A DNA stretch of 64,000 bases from Cyanophora paradoxa CCMP329 (GCA_004431415.1 QPMI01000098.1:116890-180889); one strand, 5' to 3'. Shown: positions 43,582 to 55,255, counted from the stretch's first letter. Made by a program: numbers and translations. The notes: generated by a model from the sequence alone, not told the origin.

Positions 43582-45681
43582 ATGGTGTTCGAGGCGTTCT
43601 CGTGCTTCTCCTTCCTGACGCGAGCGACGGTGAGACCCGCTCACGCTGGCCAAGTTGCACAGACCGAAACGCGGCCGCCTCGCGCAGACCTGCGGGCGCG
43701 CCCCGCGGGCGCGGGACGTTCTCTCCCGCTTGCCGCCCGACGTCTTGGAGCGCATCCTCTCGTTCATCAGCCTCAGCGATGCGACGCAACTCGCGCAGGT
43801 CTGCTGGGGCCTGAGGGAGGTGCGCGCCGCGCCGCCTCGCGCCCCGGCGGGCCGCCGCGCCGATCGGCCGCGGGACGCCCTCCCCGCGCGCGCGCGCAGG
43901 CGGTGCGGCGGCAGGTGTGGCGCGAGCTCGTGCTGCCGATGCGGACGGCGGAGGGCGACCCGGACGAGGCGGGCATGCGGGCCCTCTCCCGCGCGATGGA
44001 CGCCGGCGCCCTCGGCGGCGTCCGCCGCCTCCGCATCGCCATCCCGCCCGCGGGAAGCCGCCCCCGCGCCGGCCGTCAACCTCGGCGCCGGCGCGCGCGC
44101 CCTCCTCGCCGCCGCCGCCCGCCTCCGGTGCCCGCGGCCCGCCCCCGGGCCCCCCCACCTTCGCCTCGCGCCGCCGACCGACGCCCCCGCGACGCCTTAG
44201 GCCGCTGGAGGAGGTGGAGGTGGTGCGGGCGGGGGCCGGGGACATCCTCTCGGGCGCCTTCTTCTCGGACCTGGCCGCGATCCTGGCGCTCGCGGCGCAG
44301 GGGCGCCCCGCCCTCCGCCGCCTCTCCCTCGCCTTCGCCGACCGGTCCCTCTCCGAGCGCGGCCGCGCCGGCTTCTGGCGCCTCCTCCTCGTCCGCCCCT
44401 CCTCCCGGCCCTTCGCCCAACGCGCAGCTGAGCACAGCGCGCGCAGGCGCCGTGGCGGATCGCCCCGCCGCAGTCCCTCGCGCTGGGGGACGGCCTGCTC
44501 CTCGACGGCCCCGCGGCCGCCGCCATCGCGGAGAGCCTCCCGCGGCTGCGGCGGCTCCACGTCGGGCCGCCCGGGGCGGGGCGGGCGCGCCTGGAGTGCC
44601 TGGAGCCCCTCTCCGTCCTCCCGCTCGAGTCGCTGCGCCTCTCGGGCGCCTTCGGGCCCGGGGAGGAGGGCGAGGACGCGTCGCCCCAGGTCGCCTCGCT
44701 CGCCCTGGGGCCCGCCGGCGCCACCCTCCGCGAGCTCTCCCTCGACTTCGACCCCGGAGAGGGCGGCCTCCGGTTCGAATCCCCCCGGGGCCCTTTGGTA
44801 TCCTCCTCCGCCTCTAACTTCCCGCTGGGGCAGGGCGCTCTCGCCGCTGCCGCGGCTGGAGGAGCTCGCCCTCCGCGTCTCCAACCGCAACGCCTCCGGC
44901 GCCATGTTCCTCGGCTTCATGAAGGTCCGGGGCCTCCCCGAGCGGAGCCGAACGGAGCCGAGCGTCCGGGCGGGGCGGGGCGCAGAGCCTGCGGTGGCTG
45001 ACGGTGTCGGCGGCCGAGACGCCCTCGGTCGACCTGCTGGGCGCCCTCGCCTCCTCCCTCCGCCGCGCCCCCGTCCGCTCCCGCCCCCGCCCGCTCCGAT
45101 CGCCCCGATCGCCCCGGGGGCGCTCGCGCGTGAGTGAGTGAGCGCGCGGCAGGTGCTGGAGGAGGTGCGGGTGGACTTCGGGGAGGGCGCCGGCGGCGCC
45201 GACGGCCCCGCCTTCGCCGACGTCATCCGCGCCGCCGGGCACCGCCTCCTCGCCCTCCGCGCCGCCGTCGCCTCCGACTCGGGTGAGCTCCGATCAGATC
45301 TGATCTGATCTGATCTGATCTGATCCGGCCCGATCTCGCGCAGCGGACGCGATGCGGGCGCTGTGCGGCTGCCCGCGCCTCGCGGAGCTGCGCCTCCTCT
45401 TCCTGCCCCCGGCCGAGGACGGCTGGGCCGCCCCGCTGAGCACCCTCGCCGCCGTCCTCGCTGCCTGCCCGCGCCCCCCCGCCCTCGAAATACGCTTCGC
45501 GGGGCTCGAACCCGACGAGGACGCCCTGGCGGCCCTGGAGGCCCGCCCCGCCCCGCCCCGCCCCGCCCCGACGCCCCGCGCCCTCGTCTGAGGCGAGCCC
45601 CCGCGCCCGCAGATCCTCTCCGGCGTCTCCTTCGCGCCCAGGGACGCCGGCACAGCGCAGTTCTCCCTCGTCGTCTGCTGA
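43582..45681 (+). CDS. Host F-box / leucine-rich-repeat protein (multi-exon)
   Basis: LSRLPPDVLERILSFISLSDATQLAQVCW F-box; LPRLEELAL and CPRLAELRL LRRs; TGA at 45679. Confidence 0.75.
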
Positions 45682-46023
45682 GCCCGCGGCCCCTCGCCTC
45701 GCCCCGCCCGCCCCTGGGGCCTCTTTCGCCTCCACCCGCCCGGCCCCCTGCGCTTGGATGCGTACCCAAAGGTTGTTTTCCCTCCCGCAATTTTCCCGTA
45801 GCCGAGTCCGTGCACGTGCATGCGATTGTTCTGCATGCGCATGCTTTCTTTCCAGCAATTTTCCCGGCCAAGTACGCAGCTGAATTATAAGTAACCGTGG
45901 CCCAGTGAATCAGGCAGTGATCATGACTTGTGATAATTGCGCATGCGTGTCTTTTTGTGTCGCGCTACCAGTAGTGCCTGACTCGTTGTTCATAAGCCCC
46001 GAGCTAGTTCGCTAGTACTAGTA

Positions 46024-49000
46024 CTAGAACTGGTCGTATGGTTTTAGGTCGAGTACGCATCGTTCTCGCTCAGAAGTGCACATGTACAAGGCTAGCAGAA
46101 CGCGTGCTTGGGGCCCGGCTGTCCAGAGTAGATCTAGATCCGGGCGGGTGGGCGGGGGCGCGGGGCCGGCTAGGCGCCGGCGGTGGGGCCGGACTTGGAC
46201 TTGGAGGCGGAGGCCTTGGGGGCGGAGCCAGAGCCCTTGCCCGGGTGGGGCCCCTGCACGGCCTGGTAGACCACTGCCCGCTTCGCGTCGAGCATCTCCG
46301 CCACCGCCAGGCACTGCCCCGCCCGCCCGGCGCCCGTCTCGCTCCGAGGCGAGGCGGGGGGGGGCCGGGAAGGGGTCGCGAGGGCACCTTCTTGCTCGGG
46401 TTATGGTGGTCCACGAACCCCACGACGGCGGGTACTGCGCCGAACGCGGGTCGGCGTGTGGGGGGGGAAAGAGGGGGGTACGGGGGCGCGCACTGCGGAG
46501 GGCCTTCGCGGCGGCCTTGAGGACCTCCTCGAACGGCATGTCCCGCTGGGTACGGCGCTCGGAGGGGGGTACGCGGTAGGGAAGCGGGGCGGGCGGGCGG
46601 GCGGGGGGTACCTTGACGAGGACGACACCGCCGCGGAGCTTGCTCGGGTGGCGCACGTGGACGCGGCGCGAATCGGGGTCCGAGGCCTGCGGGGCGGCCT
46701 GAGGGCGTGCGGGGGGCGGAGGCGGCGCGGGGCGGGCCTTTGGTTGCCAAGGGGGGAGCGCGGGGGCCGCCTTGGGCTTGGCCGCGGGGGCGCTGCCGCG
46801 GAGGAGGAGGCGGCGGCGGAGGCGCGCGGGGCGAGGGCCCCGCGGTCGGCTGCCCCGCGCCCCCGCCCGAGCCCGAGGGACCCGCCGATCCCGACGGGCC
46901 CGCCGATCCCGACGGGCCCGCCGCGGCGCGCGCCGGCGCGGCCGCCGGCTGAGCCTGCGCAGGGCCGGCTGGGGGCGGGGGGGGGGGGGGGGGGAGGGGG
47001 AGCAACGAGAGGCCCCGGGGGAACGCGCACCCTCACCGCGTGCTGCTCCATGAAGCCCTTGACGCGCGCCACCACCGACTGGGGCGCAGCGGCTCGGTCT
47101 TGCTTTTGGGGTATTTGGGGGGGGGGGAGGGAGGGGGGGGGGCGGGGCGGGGGTACCTGGGCCAGGGGCTCGGGGTCCTTGGAGCCGACCTTGGGCCGGT
47201 TCGGGCCCTCGAAGAGGCTTTGTAGAACGACTCCTCTTTGTAGTCTGGGGGGGGGGGGTGGGGGAGCGGGGGCAGTGAGGGGGCGGCGCCGAGCCCGGAG
47301 GGGGGGGGGGGGGGGGGGGGAGGGGGGTAGGCCGCGGGCGGACCGGAGAGGGGGTAGTTCAATCCGACGTGCTCCGCCTCTTGGGGCCCGAAGAGGACCA
47401 CGAGCAGCCGATCCCGTACCCGTGCCGCAGCCTGGCTGAGGTTCAGGGGGGCAGGGGGCGAGGGAAAGGGAGGGGAAGGGGGAGGGTTGCGTGCCTCGGG
47501 CGCCTTGTCGTCGCTCCAGTACTGGGGGCGGAGGGTCAGGGGGGCTGACGTCTCCAAGGACGGAGTTGTGGGGTGGGTACCTCGATCAGGAAGCCGCGCC
47601 ACGTGACCCGGGCGACGAAGCGGACTGGGGCGTTCTCGACGGGGTACACTCCGAACACGTCTGCGGGGGGGAGTACGCGTTGAGATGCAGGAGAGCGGGG
47701 CGGGGGGAGGGGCTCGGACCCGGCACGGGCCGGTCGCGGACGGCGGGCCCGCCCGTGGCGGCCTCGCCGACGGGCACGTAAGTGATTCCGGGGCCGGCCC
47801 CGCGCTGCCCGGGGGGCGCCAGAGGCGGCGCGCTCGAGGCCGCCGGCGCCGCCGCCGCCGCGGCGCCCTCGGCGGTCTTGCGCGGCCGCCCGCGCTTCCG
47901 CTTGGGCGCCGGCGACCCGTCCGCCTGCGGCGCCCCGCGCCCGTGAACGACGTCCAGCAGGTACCTGCGCGGGGGCCTCGGGGAGCGGCCCGCGGGGGCG
48001 GGGCGGGAGGGCGCGGGGGGCGCGGAGGTGCGGGCCTCTTGGCGCGCTCGATGGCGGCGGCGGCGTCGTCGGGGTCCGGGTCGTGTACCCCGACCTTCGG
48101 GGGGCTACCGGACGCGAACATGTCCCGGTAGAACTTCTCCCCCTCGTACCCTGCGGGGGCGCGTGAGGCGGGCGGGCGGGCGGCTGCGGGGGGCGGGGCG
48201 GGGCGGGGCGGGCCCTTGGAGGGGAAGTTGAAAGAGCGCTCGGGGACGCCCCCCGGGCCGTGGCAGATGAGGAGGAAGCGGTCGTGCGAACGCCCGCCCT
48301 CCTGCCGGGGGCCCAGCCTCAGCCCAGGCCTCACAGGCCCCGCGGCGGCGCCCCGCGGCGCGGCGCGGCGCGGGCAGCGCTCACTTCGGCGGAGTCCCAC
48401 GTCGCTTGGAACTGCCGGCGGCGCCCCGCTCAGCGCTCAGCCGGCGGAAGGGGCGGGGGCGGGGGTGAGGCGGGGGCGCAGGGGGCGGCGCCCGCACCAT
48501 CTTGTTCTTCCAGCGGTAGCGGGTGACGGCTGAGCCGTTCACGTTGAAGACCTGCGCGTGCTCAGGCGGGGCGGGGGCCCCGCCGGACGGAGGGGGGACA
48601 CGCCCACCCCGAAGAACCCTGCGGGCGGTGGGGTTAGGGGTTGGGGCGGGGTAGGCTAGGTTTCCGGCGAGGGTATGGGTAGGCGAGCGCGCACCGGACT
48701 GTGGCCGGCGCCCGTCGCCCGAGTGGCTGGGATGAAAGTGGAGGTCAAGGAGGGGTGGTGCGGCGGAGGCCGGGGCCGGGGCCGGGGCCGTGGGGCGCGG
48801 GCGCGGGGCCGCACGAGGAGATGAACTGCTTGAGCCGCTTCAGAGCGGCATCCGCGTCCGTGTCGCGGTCGTGGACGCCTGCCGCCGGCCCCCGCGTTAG
48901 GCGCGCGGCGCCCGGCAGCCGGCGGGGGCGCCGCGCCAATCTCAGGGGGGTCTCCGCTGGGGCGGAAGAGCAGCCCAAACCACGCCTGCGGGGGGCCCTC

Positions 49001-49605
49001 CTGAGCCGTCCTCCGCGGCTCGGGGTGACAAAGGCGGGGCGAGGCGTGCGCCACCTCGCTCTCGTAGCTGGAGAGAGGGTAGTTGAGGCCGCGGGCGCTG
49101 GCCGCCTCCGGCCCGAGCGCCGCAATCAAGAACCGGTCCCTGTCCCTGGCCGCATCCTGCCCGCGAGCCGCAGCTCAGCCGCGCGGCTCGGCGCGCGACC
49201 GGAGGCCGGCGGCGGGCGGCGGGCGCGAGCTTGCCTCGCGCTTGTCGCGGCGCGAGCAGATCCACTGTGCGGGCGCTCAGCGAGGAGTGAAAGCGGTAGC
49301 AGAGAAGGCCCTGCGCACGTTCTTCTCGCGCCAGACAATCTTTGACTGAAAACGCCCAGGCGAGGCGCTCGTGACGCCCACGAAGCCCGGCTCCGGCCTC
49401 GTCGCGCCCGCCGGCTGCGGCGCTCGCTTTTCCGTCCAAGCAGGGAAGGAGCGGGGGCGTAGCTCACCGCCCCCGTGTCCTCACCGTCATCCTCGAACTC
49501 GTCGGCCTCCTGCCGGCGCTGCTGGGCTGCCTGCTGCGCCGGCTTCGCCGCTGTCTTTGCACGGCCGCTTCCGGGGGGCAGGCGCATCTTCGATCGCTGT
49601 AACAC
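46024..49605 (-). CDS. Host protein of unknown function with three related internal modules (multi-exon, approximate)
   Basis: Recurrent RDRxL...GP...LNYPLS and GVHDxDxD.AA...R.K segments. Confidence 0.5.
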
Positions 49606-51371
49606 CCTCAGTCAAAACGTTACCTACACCGCTGCGTATCGCGGAGTCGCTTTTCCTCGTCGGGCTCTCAGTGGCCTCGACGTTTCGGCACCCGCCGCCG
49701 ACTACGATCGGGGTCGGAGCCACCCGGAAATCGCTAAACTTGCTGCTGCGGGCTGGTACCAGCCGTCTCGAGCTCAGACGTAAACTCGATTTCACGTACC
49801 CAACCGCGACCCTCACCGTGGCCCACGGGCATCACCCGCGGTTCACGTATACTATTACTAGTACATCAGCTTGTTCCCAAGCTTTCACCAGCTGCATAAG
49901 ATGTCGGGCTGGGATCCTTACTGCAGCCTGATGGTGAAAGACGGCAACGTCAAGGTGCGTCGCGACCAGAAAAGCCATTAATATTCCTCTACCGCCGCGG
50001 CGCCCCGGCCCAGCACGCTCTCCGGCCCGAGGCCTCACTGCCCAGAGCTCAGGCCGGTTCGATCTACGGCAAGGACGGCGCGAAATGGTGTTCGGCCGCG
50101 GACCCAGGAGCATCGCCGACCGACGCGGAGTTTTCGGCTTCCCAGGCAAAGGCGTTCGCTTCCGGCCTCAATAACCCCAGCCAGTTTGCCACTTACGGGA
50201 TGATCATCGGGTGCGGCGGTTATAAATTAACGTTACTACGGTTATAGCTTGCGATCCCTTCCTCGCTCTGTCTCGCTTCTTCCGTCTTATACTTATAATT
50301 AGGGCGACTCCGTCGAAGTACATGTATCTCCAAACGATACCGGCAGACGTCAGCACCGGTGCTCCAGCGGTGTCGATCGGCCGCAGGAGTGTCACGAGCG
50401 TCTTGGGCACCCAGTCCAACAAGGTGCGCCTTTTGAAAGTTCGCATGCACACGTGCACGCATGCGCACTTCAGCTCTCGATCGGAGCTTCCGAACCCCAC
50501 GACTCGGAGAGATACCAGATTGACTTGGCGCGCCGTAGGCTATCATCACTGTCGTGACGACTGACGGGGCGTCTGCTTCGAACGTCGCCTCGCATTTGTT
50601 TATTGCCCGTGAGTTCCGAGATCTTTCTTTGAAGCTCGGCCGCCCCCGATCGCGATGCGCTCAGTGTAGCTGCTCGAGCTAACTGTGGCCGCAGAGGATT
50701 TGATCAAGAAGGGGTTCGAGCTGGACGAAGAGGCGCAGCAGCTGGGGCCGGAGGAGGGGGGGCTCGAGGGCCTCGCCCTCGACGGCCGCGGCCTCCCCGC
50801 GGAGGAGGGCGCCCCGGGCGCCCTCGCGATCGCGGTCGAGGCGGAGGCCGAGCCCGAGCTCGCCCTCTCCCTTGCCGAGGACGAGGCCGAGCCCGCCCTC
50901 CTGTAGGTCCCGGCCTAGACCCCGCCCTCTGAGATCCAGAGATCTCTATACATAGCTAGGTCTGACGTCTCCCCGCCTTGCCAAGTTGTTTTCGTACTGT
51001 CTTCGAATTCTATCGCGAATTTCATTTCCCACATGATCGTGAGTTTTACGAAGGGAGGGAAGCTTTAAGAGGACGGGGCAGGGGCTAGCGCTGGAGCGGA
51101 GGGAGAAGGGGTGGAGGGCGGGGGCGGCCGGGGAAGAGGGGAGGGGCGGGGAGGTGACAAAGGCGGGGCGGGGCGTGCGCCACCTCGCTGATTATTAATT
51201 ATGATCATGATCAGTGTGCACTGTACATGTAAAGACACATACATATATTCTGGAAGAAAGCTTTAATCTGCAGATTCCGATCGCGACTAGCTTTAATGTG
51301 GAAGGCAACTTTGATTTATGTCTGGAAAGAGTACTGTATACGCTGTACGTGTAAATATACAGCGGCCTTAC

Positions 51372-51444
51372 ACACATATGAATATTCATATTTTAATCCC
51401 TCGGCGTTCCGCCTCAGGATTAAAATATGAATATTCATATGTGT
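51372..51444. other. Terminal hairpin of element 2: 28-bp perfect stem with CTCGGC-GTTCC-GCCTCA head
   Basis: ACACATATGAATATTCATATTTTAATCC (51372-51399) pairs with GGATTAAAATATGAATATTCATATGTGT (51417-51444). Confidence 0.92.
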
Positions 51445-51829
51445 GATTCGATGTTATATCAATAAAATCGATTAATTTATTTGAATTTTCACATGAATTT
51501 TCATATTTTTAAATGCATTTTCAATTAATTTAATCGATTTTATATCGATAAACTCGATTAATCGATATTGTATCTTAATTGTAGTTAATCGGAATTATAT
51601 CTATAACTTCGATTAATCTTAATTGAATCCTAAATGAATCTAATCGGAATTATATCAATAAATTCGATTAAATCATGTTCTTTTCCGATTAAATCAATTA
51701 AATATTTAAGTTTGTTACCATAAGTGGTCTAAGTTGACTCACTTTTCATAAACAATTTGAACTCTTAGTCTCCTTGAATTTCTTAAGATGACTCAACTTA
51801 GTCAACTTAGTCAACTTTGTTACCATAAT

Positions 51830-52550
51830 CAATCAGGGTGGACTCACTTTTAGATCAACTTTGAAATTTCAAGCAAAATCAACTTATATTTCAAAAGTGG
51901 ATCTTCTAAGTGGACTCATAATGTTCACTTTGTGATACATTTAAGTTCTAATGCTTACTGTATATGGTCAGGGTTGACTAAGTGGGGGGAGTTGACACAT
52001 TTTTCAAAATCTTTTATAGAATATTCTTTGGATCTCAAAATTTCCTCTGAAATTTGAGTCAACTCAACCCACTTAGTCAACCTTAGCATTGAAATGGTCA
52101 CATTTTTATATACATTTACTCCTTTTACGATTAATATGAATCAACCATGAGTCCACTTAGTATTAAATATTAATCAATGTAAATATAAACAAGGGATTAA
52201 GAGGAATGCTTATTGAATATGGTCAGGGTGGACTCACTTTTTTATACAAATCGAATTCCCAAGTAAATTTGACTCTAAACTGTTAGGTGGATCTTCTAAG
52301 TGGACTCAATATGTTCACTTTGTGATACTTGTTAGCTCAAATCCTTACTGTTTATGGTCAGGGTTGACTAAGTGGGGGGAGTTGACACATTTTTTCAAAT
52401 CCTTTTTAGAAAACTTTAGGTCCCAAATATTTCCTGTGAAATTTGAGTCAACTCAACCCACTTAGTCAACCCTTGCATTGAATTCGTAACAAAATCCATA
52501 TACTTTTACTACTTTTACGATTAATATGAGTCAACCTTGAGTCCACTTTA
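51830..52550. repeat. Two tandem (390-bp offset) palindromic GTTGAC/GTCAAC iteron-like cassettes
   Basis: GGTTGACTAAGTGGG..GAGTTGAC, A/T spacer, GTCAACTC..CCCACTTAGTCAACC at about 51971 and 52361. Confidence 0.82.
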
Positions 52551-52671
52551 ATATAAATATTATATAATAGGGGGAATCAAGGGGAATGTTGAGTTTTACT
52601 GTAATGAAATCGAACATTATTCCAATTACTTACAATAGAATTCTATCGTAAAAAATGTCCGGAATCCGGAA

Positions 52672-52747
52672 AATAATCATTGTATAAAGCTACTGTAGTG
52701 AAAGGATATATTATATCTTTTTGTTACAGTAGCTTATCAATGTTATT
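52672..52747. terminator. Long AT-rich hairpin just downstream of the AdoMetDC gene
   Basis: AAGCTACTGTA (52687-52697) / TACAGTAGCTT (52725-52735), with inner GATATA/TATATC and outer CATTG/CAATG. Confidence 0.5.
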
Positions 52748-52792
52748 GTTAGAAAACAAAGGAATCCTTTAGAAATTCATTATAGAAACCCA

Positions 52793-53191
52793 TCAAAACG
52801 GGAATCTATCATGTTTATGTCTCTCAGTCTTCTCAAATGTTAAGAAATTCATTGTTTTATCGATCTCATCTGCTACTGATTGTGTTTTATGCTGAGCTTC
52901 TTTACCACAACTGAATATATCAATTGCTAACATGCCTTCATTGGAATAACAATGAGCTGTGCAATGGCTTTCATCTAATAGCAGAACCAATGCAAAACCA
53001 GGAGGTGATAGTTTGCCATCAAATATCTCACAGTGTTTATGAACAATCCTAATACCTTGTCTCAATATTGCTTGTTCAAGGGTTCCCATAATCCAATTAC
53101 CTAGGAAGCTAACATGCTCATGACCTGTTGCTATAGCTGATTTAGCTTTGTAATCAAGCATAACATGAAAGCCTCTGTATTTAGTCTCCAT
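52793..53191 (-). CDS. speD: Prokaryotic-type pyruvoyl-dependent S-adenosylmethionine decarboxylase-family proenzyme
   Basis: GFHVMLDY, PPGFALVLLLDESHCTAHCY (ES self-cleavage site), IDIFSCG; 132 aa. Confidence 0.85.
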   Translation of the reverse strand: METKYRGFHVMLDYKAKSAIATGHEHVSFLGNWIMGTLEQAILRQGIRIVHKHCEIFDGKLSPPGFALVLLLDESHCTAHCYSNEGMLAIDIFSCGKEAQHKTQSVADEIDKTMNFLTFEKTERHKHDRFPF

Positions 53192-53220
53192 TAAGAATAC
53201 CTTAGAAAAATTAATTAATC

Positions 53221-53493
53221 CTAATCGAACCTAATGCAAATGTCCCTGTACTCTACTTTGATTGATGAAGTAGCCCTTTTCCTGTAAGCCTGAGAGTGCT
53301 TTTTGTTGCATTCCCTACACCCTGATCCCTTCACATGATTAAAGGGATAGGTTAGGATCACCTTGTTACACTGCAAACATCTAACAGATACTTTCTCTTG
53401 AGCTTTGATGTAATGTGTCTCACTGTAATCGAATTTATCTTTACCATGAACTGTCATAGCAGCATCAATAAACTTTTTTGTTTTAGTATCCAT
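53221..53493 (-). CDS. DUF723-like zinc-ribbon protein
   Basis: KFI..A..VHG..FDYS...Y......V.V.C..C.......P.NH.KGSGC.EC. Confidence 0.75.
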   Translation of the reverse strand: MDTKTKKFIDAAMTVHGKDKFDYSETHYIKAQEKVSVRCLQCNKVILTYPFNHVKGSGCRECNKKHSQAYRKRATSSIKVEYRDICIRFD

Positions 53494-53515
53494 ACTCTAT
53501 ATATAACCAACATTC

Positions 53516-54349
53516 TTATGGAGCAGTATCCTGCCCGAAAATGGGGAAATATCGATTTGTCCCATAGTATTCAGCATAGGTATTCTGCTTTGCAATAAAA
53601 TCGGTTCTCTCAGCATATAATACACACTTGTAGATACCAAACTTGGTGGCTCTAACCAGGAACTGATAATCTTCCAAACCAAAATTGACTCCATGATAAG
53701 CAATTCCGAAATTATCATATGGGGTGATCACAACAGCAAAATTAGGAGTTCCACCCTCTACTTGACAAAGAGCATATACATCTGGTGGGATATCCACAAC
53801 AACCTTGTAGTGGTCACCAATCTCAACAAGGGAGTCTACTACTGCTGTTTGTTCATTTACAACAATGGGGAATATTTTGATTATATAGGGGGCATTCATG
53901 CTGGGGACATAGGTTCGAATTCTTGTGTTGGGATCAATGGGATTGGGTTGATCATTCACAAATAAAGGCGCTCCAACAGCCCCACCAACCCTAAGACCAT
54001 CACCAATATAAGCTCCCCCCGATTTGCAGTTAATAGCTCCCGACCTAGATTCAAAAGAATAAGTAGACAGAGGATCTCCATAGCTATCTGGGTCTCCATA
54101 ATGAGCAGAAAAGTTTGCATTTGTGACAAGTAGCTTAGTTGTCTTAACTATACCATTATTTTTATCACATCTGAGTTCCTGTAATCTCAGTTTGTGGGTG
54201 GAACCAAAGGTGTTCATTGTAGGTTGGACCTCTGTTGATTGGAGACCCTCTACATCATCAAAGGTAGCATGCTGCAGAACATGGTTTGCTGGGGCAGCTA
54301 ATGATAGCTGTGGTGTAATAATTCGTTCAAGTGGGGGTTGCTCAGCCAT
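53516..54349 (-). CDS. Viral structural/fibre-associated hypothetical protein (277 aa)
   Basis: Intact ORF; paralogue of 54373-55216; GAINCKSGGAYIGDGLRVGG beta-repeat. Confidence 0.65.
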   Translation of the reverse strand: MAEQPPLERIITPQLSLAAPANHVLQHATFDDVEGLQSTEVQPTMNTFGSTHKLRLQELRCDKNNGIVKTTKLLVTNANFSAHYGDPDSYGDPLSTYSFESRSGAINCKSGGAYIGDGLRVGGAVGAPLFVNDQPNPIDPNTRIRTYVPSMNAPYIIKIFPIVVNEQTAVVDSLVEIGDHYKVVVDIPPDVYALCQVEGGTPNFAVVITPYDNFGIAYHGVNFGLEDYQFLVRATKFGIYKCVLYAERTDFIAKQNTYAEYYGTNRYFPIFGQDTAP

Positions 54350-54372
54350 TTTACATTAAAGGGATATATCTT

Positions 54373-55216
54373 TTATGGGGTTGGGTCATCAATAATATCT
54401 GGCTCCATGTAAAACCCTGTAACTGAAAGAGTATCAGGAGTTACACCTCTAAGAGCTGATACAGCGGCTATATCTGTTCTCAAACCGATAAGAGTTATAG
54501 TATATAACCCAATATCTGTAACAAACAAGTCAAAGGTGAAATTATTATTATAAACACAGTAGCCATAACCGAAATGATTATATCCCTGAACATTGAAATA
54601 GTATTTATGACCTACTTGATTGTTGTTGGCTCTACAAAGGGAAAGCATTGCAGATGGAATCGCAAGACCTCTCAGTACTCTTTTGGTTCCTTCAATTAAT
54701 TCCGAGTTTTCAAGAGTAACAGTATATCCAATGTAAAATTGAATTAATGGCTGCTGTGCGACAGGAGTATATAATCGAATTCGTTGGGGTCTTCCACATT
54801 TTGCTCTAGAGTATCTGGGACATCATTATACGAAATGGAGGATGAGAGTTGACCTGACACTCTGCAACCACCCCAATAAATGCTCCTCCTGATCTCACAG
54901 TAACAGCAGCAGTATTCTTGTCGAAATCTAGGGCTTTCAGGGCAACACTGTAAGCATCAGGACCTCCATTTGTAGGCTGGAAGAAGTTAGCATTGGTGAC
55001 AAGAAGTCGAGTTGTTTTAACCACACCAGAATTCTTATCAGCTCTCAGCTCTTTAACTCGAATAATCGAATTCTTATCAAAGGAGTTACCATTGGAATTG
55101 GGTCTCTCTGTGGATTCTAAACCACGAACCTCATCATTAACTTCATGCTGGCGAAAATGCATTGCAGGGGATCCAAGGGAATATATTGGAAGTTGAACTC
55201 GATTATATTCACCCAT
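54373..55216 (-). pseudogene. Frameshifted paralogue of 53516-54349
   Basis: ELRADKNSGVVKTTRLLVTNANF vs ELRCDKNNGIVKTTKLLVTNANF; split into the 54806-55216 and 54373-54648 ORFs. Confidence 0.6.
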
Positions 55217-55255
55217 GGCTTCTTTTACTAAGAAGGAAAGAAAAATAAACTACCA

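Noticed and set aside
45292-45325. (GATCT)n repeat as a functional element
   Set aside because: A short intronic microsatellite with no further support.
34400-49600. Many long overlapping Arg/Gly/Pro/Ala-rich ORFs in host DNA (also 735-5500)
   Set aside because: These are shadow frames caused by very high GC and (CCCCG)n introns; only motif-bearing exons were accepted.
49610-50910. Possible gene or ncRNA in the moderately GC-rich stretch before element 2
   Set aside because: Only short ORFs with no recognisable motif or RNA structure; no call can be supported.
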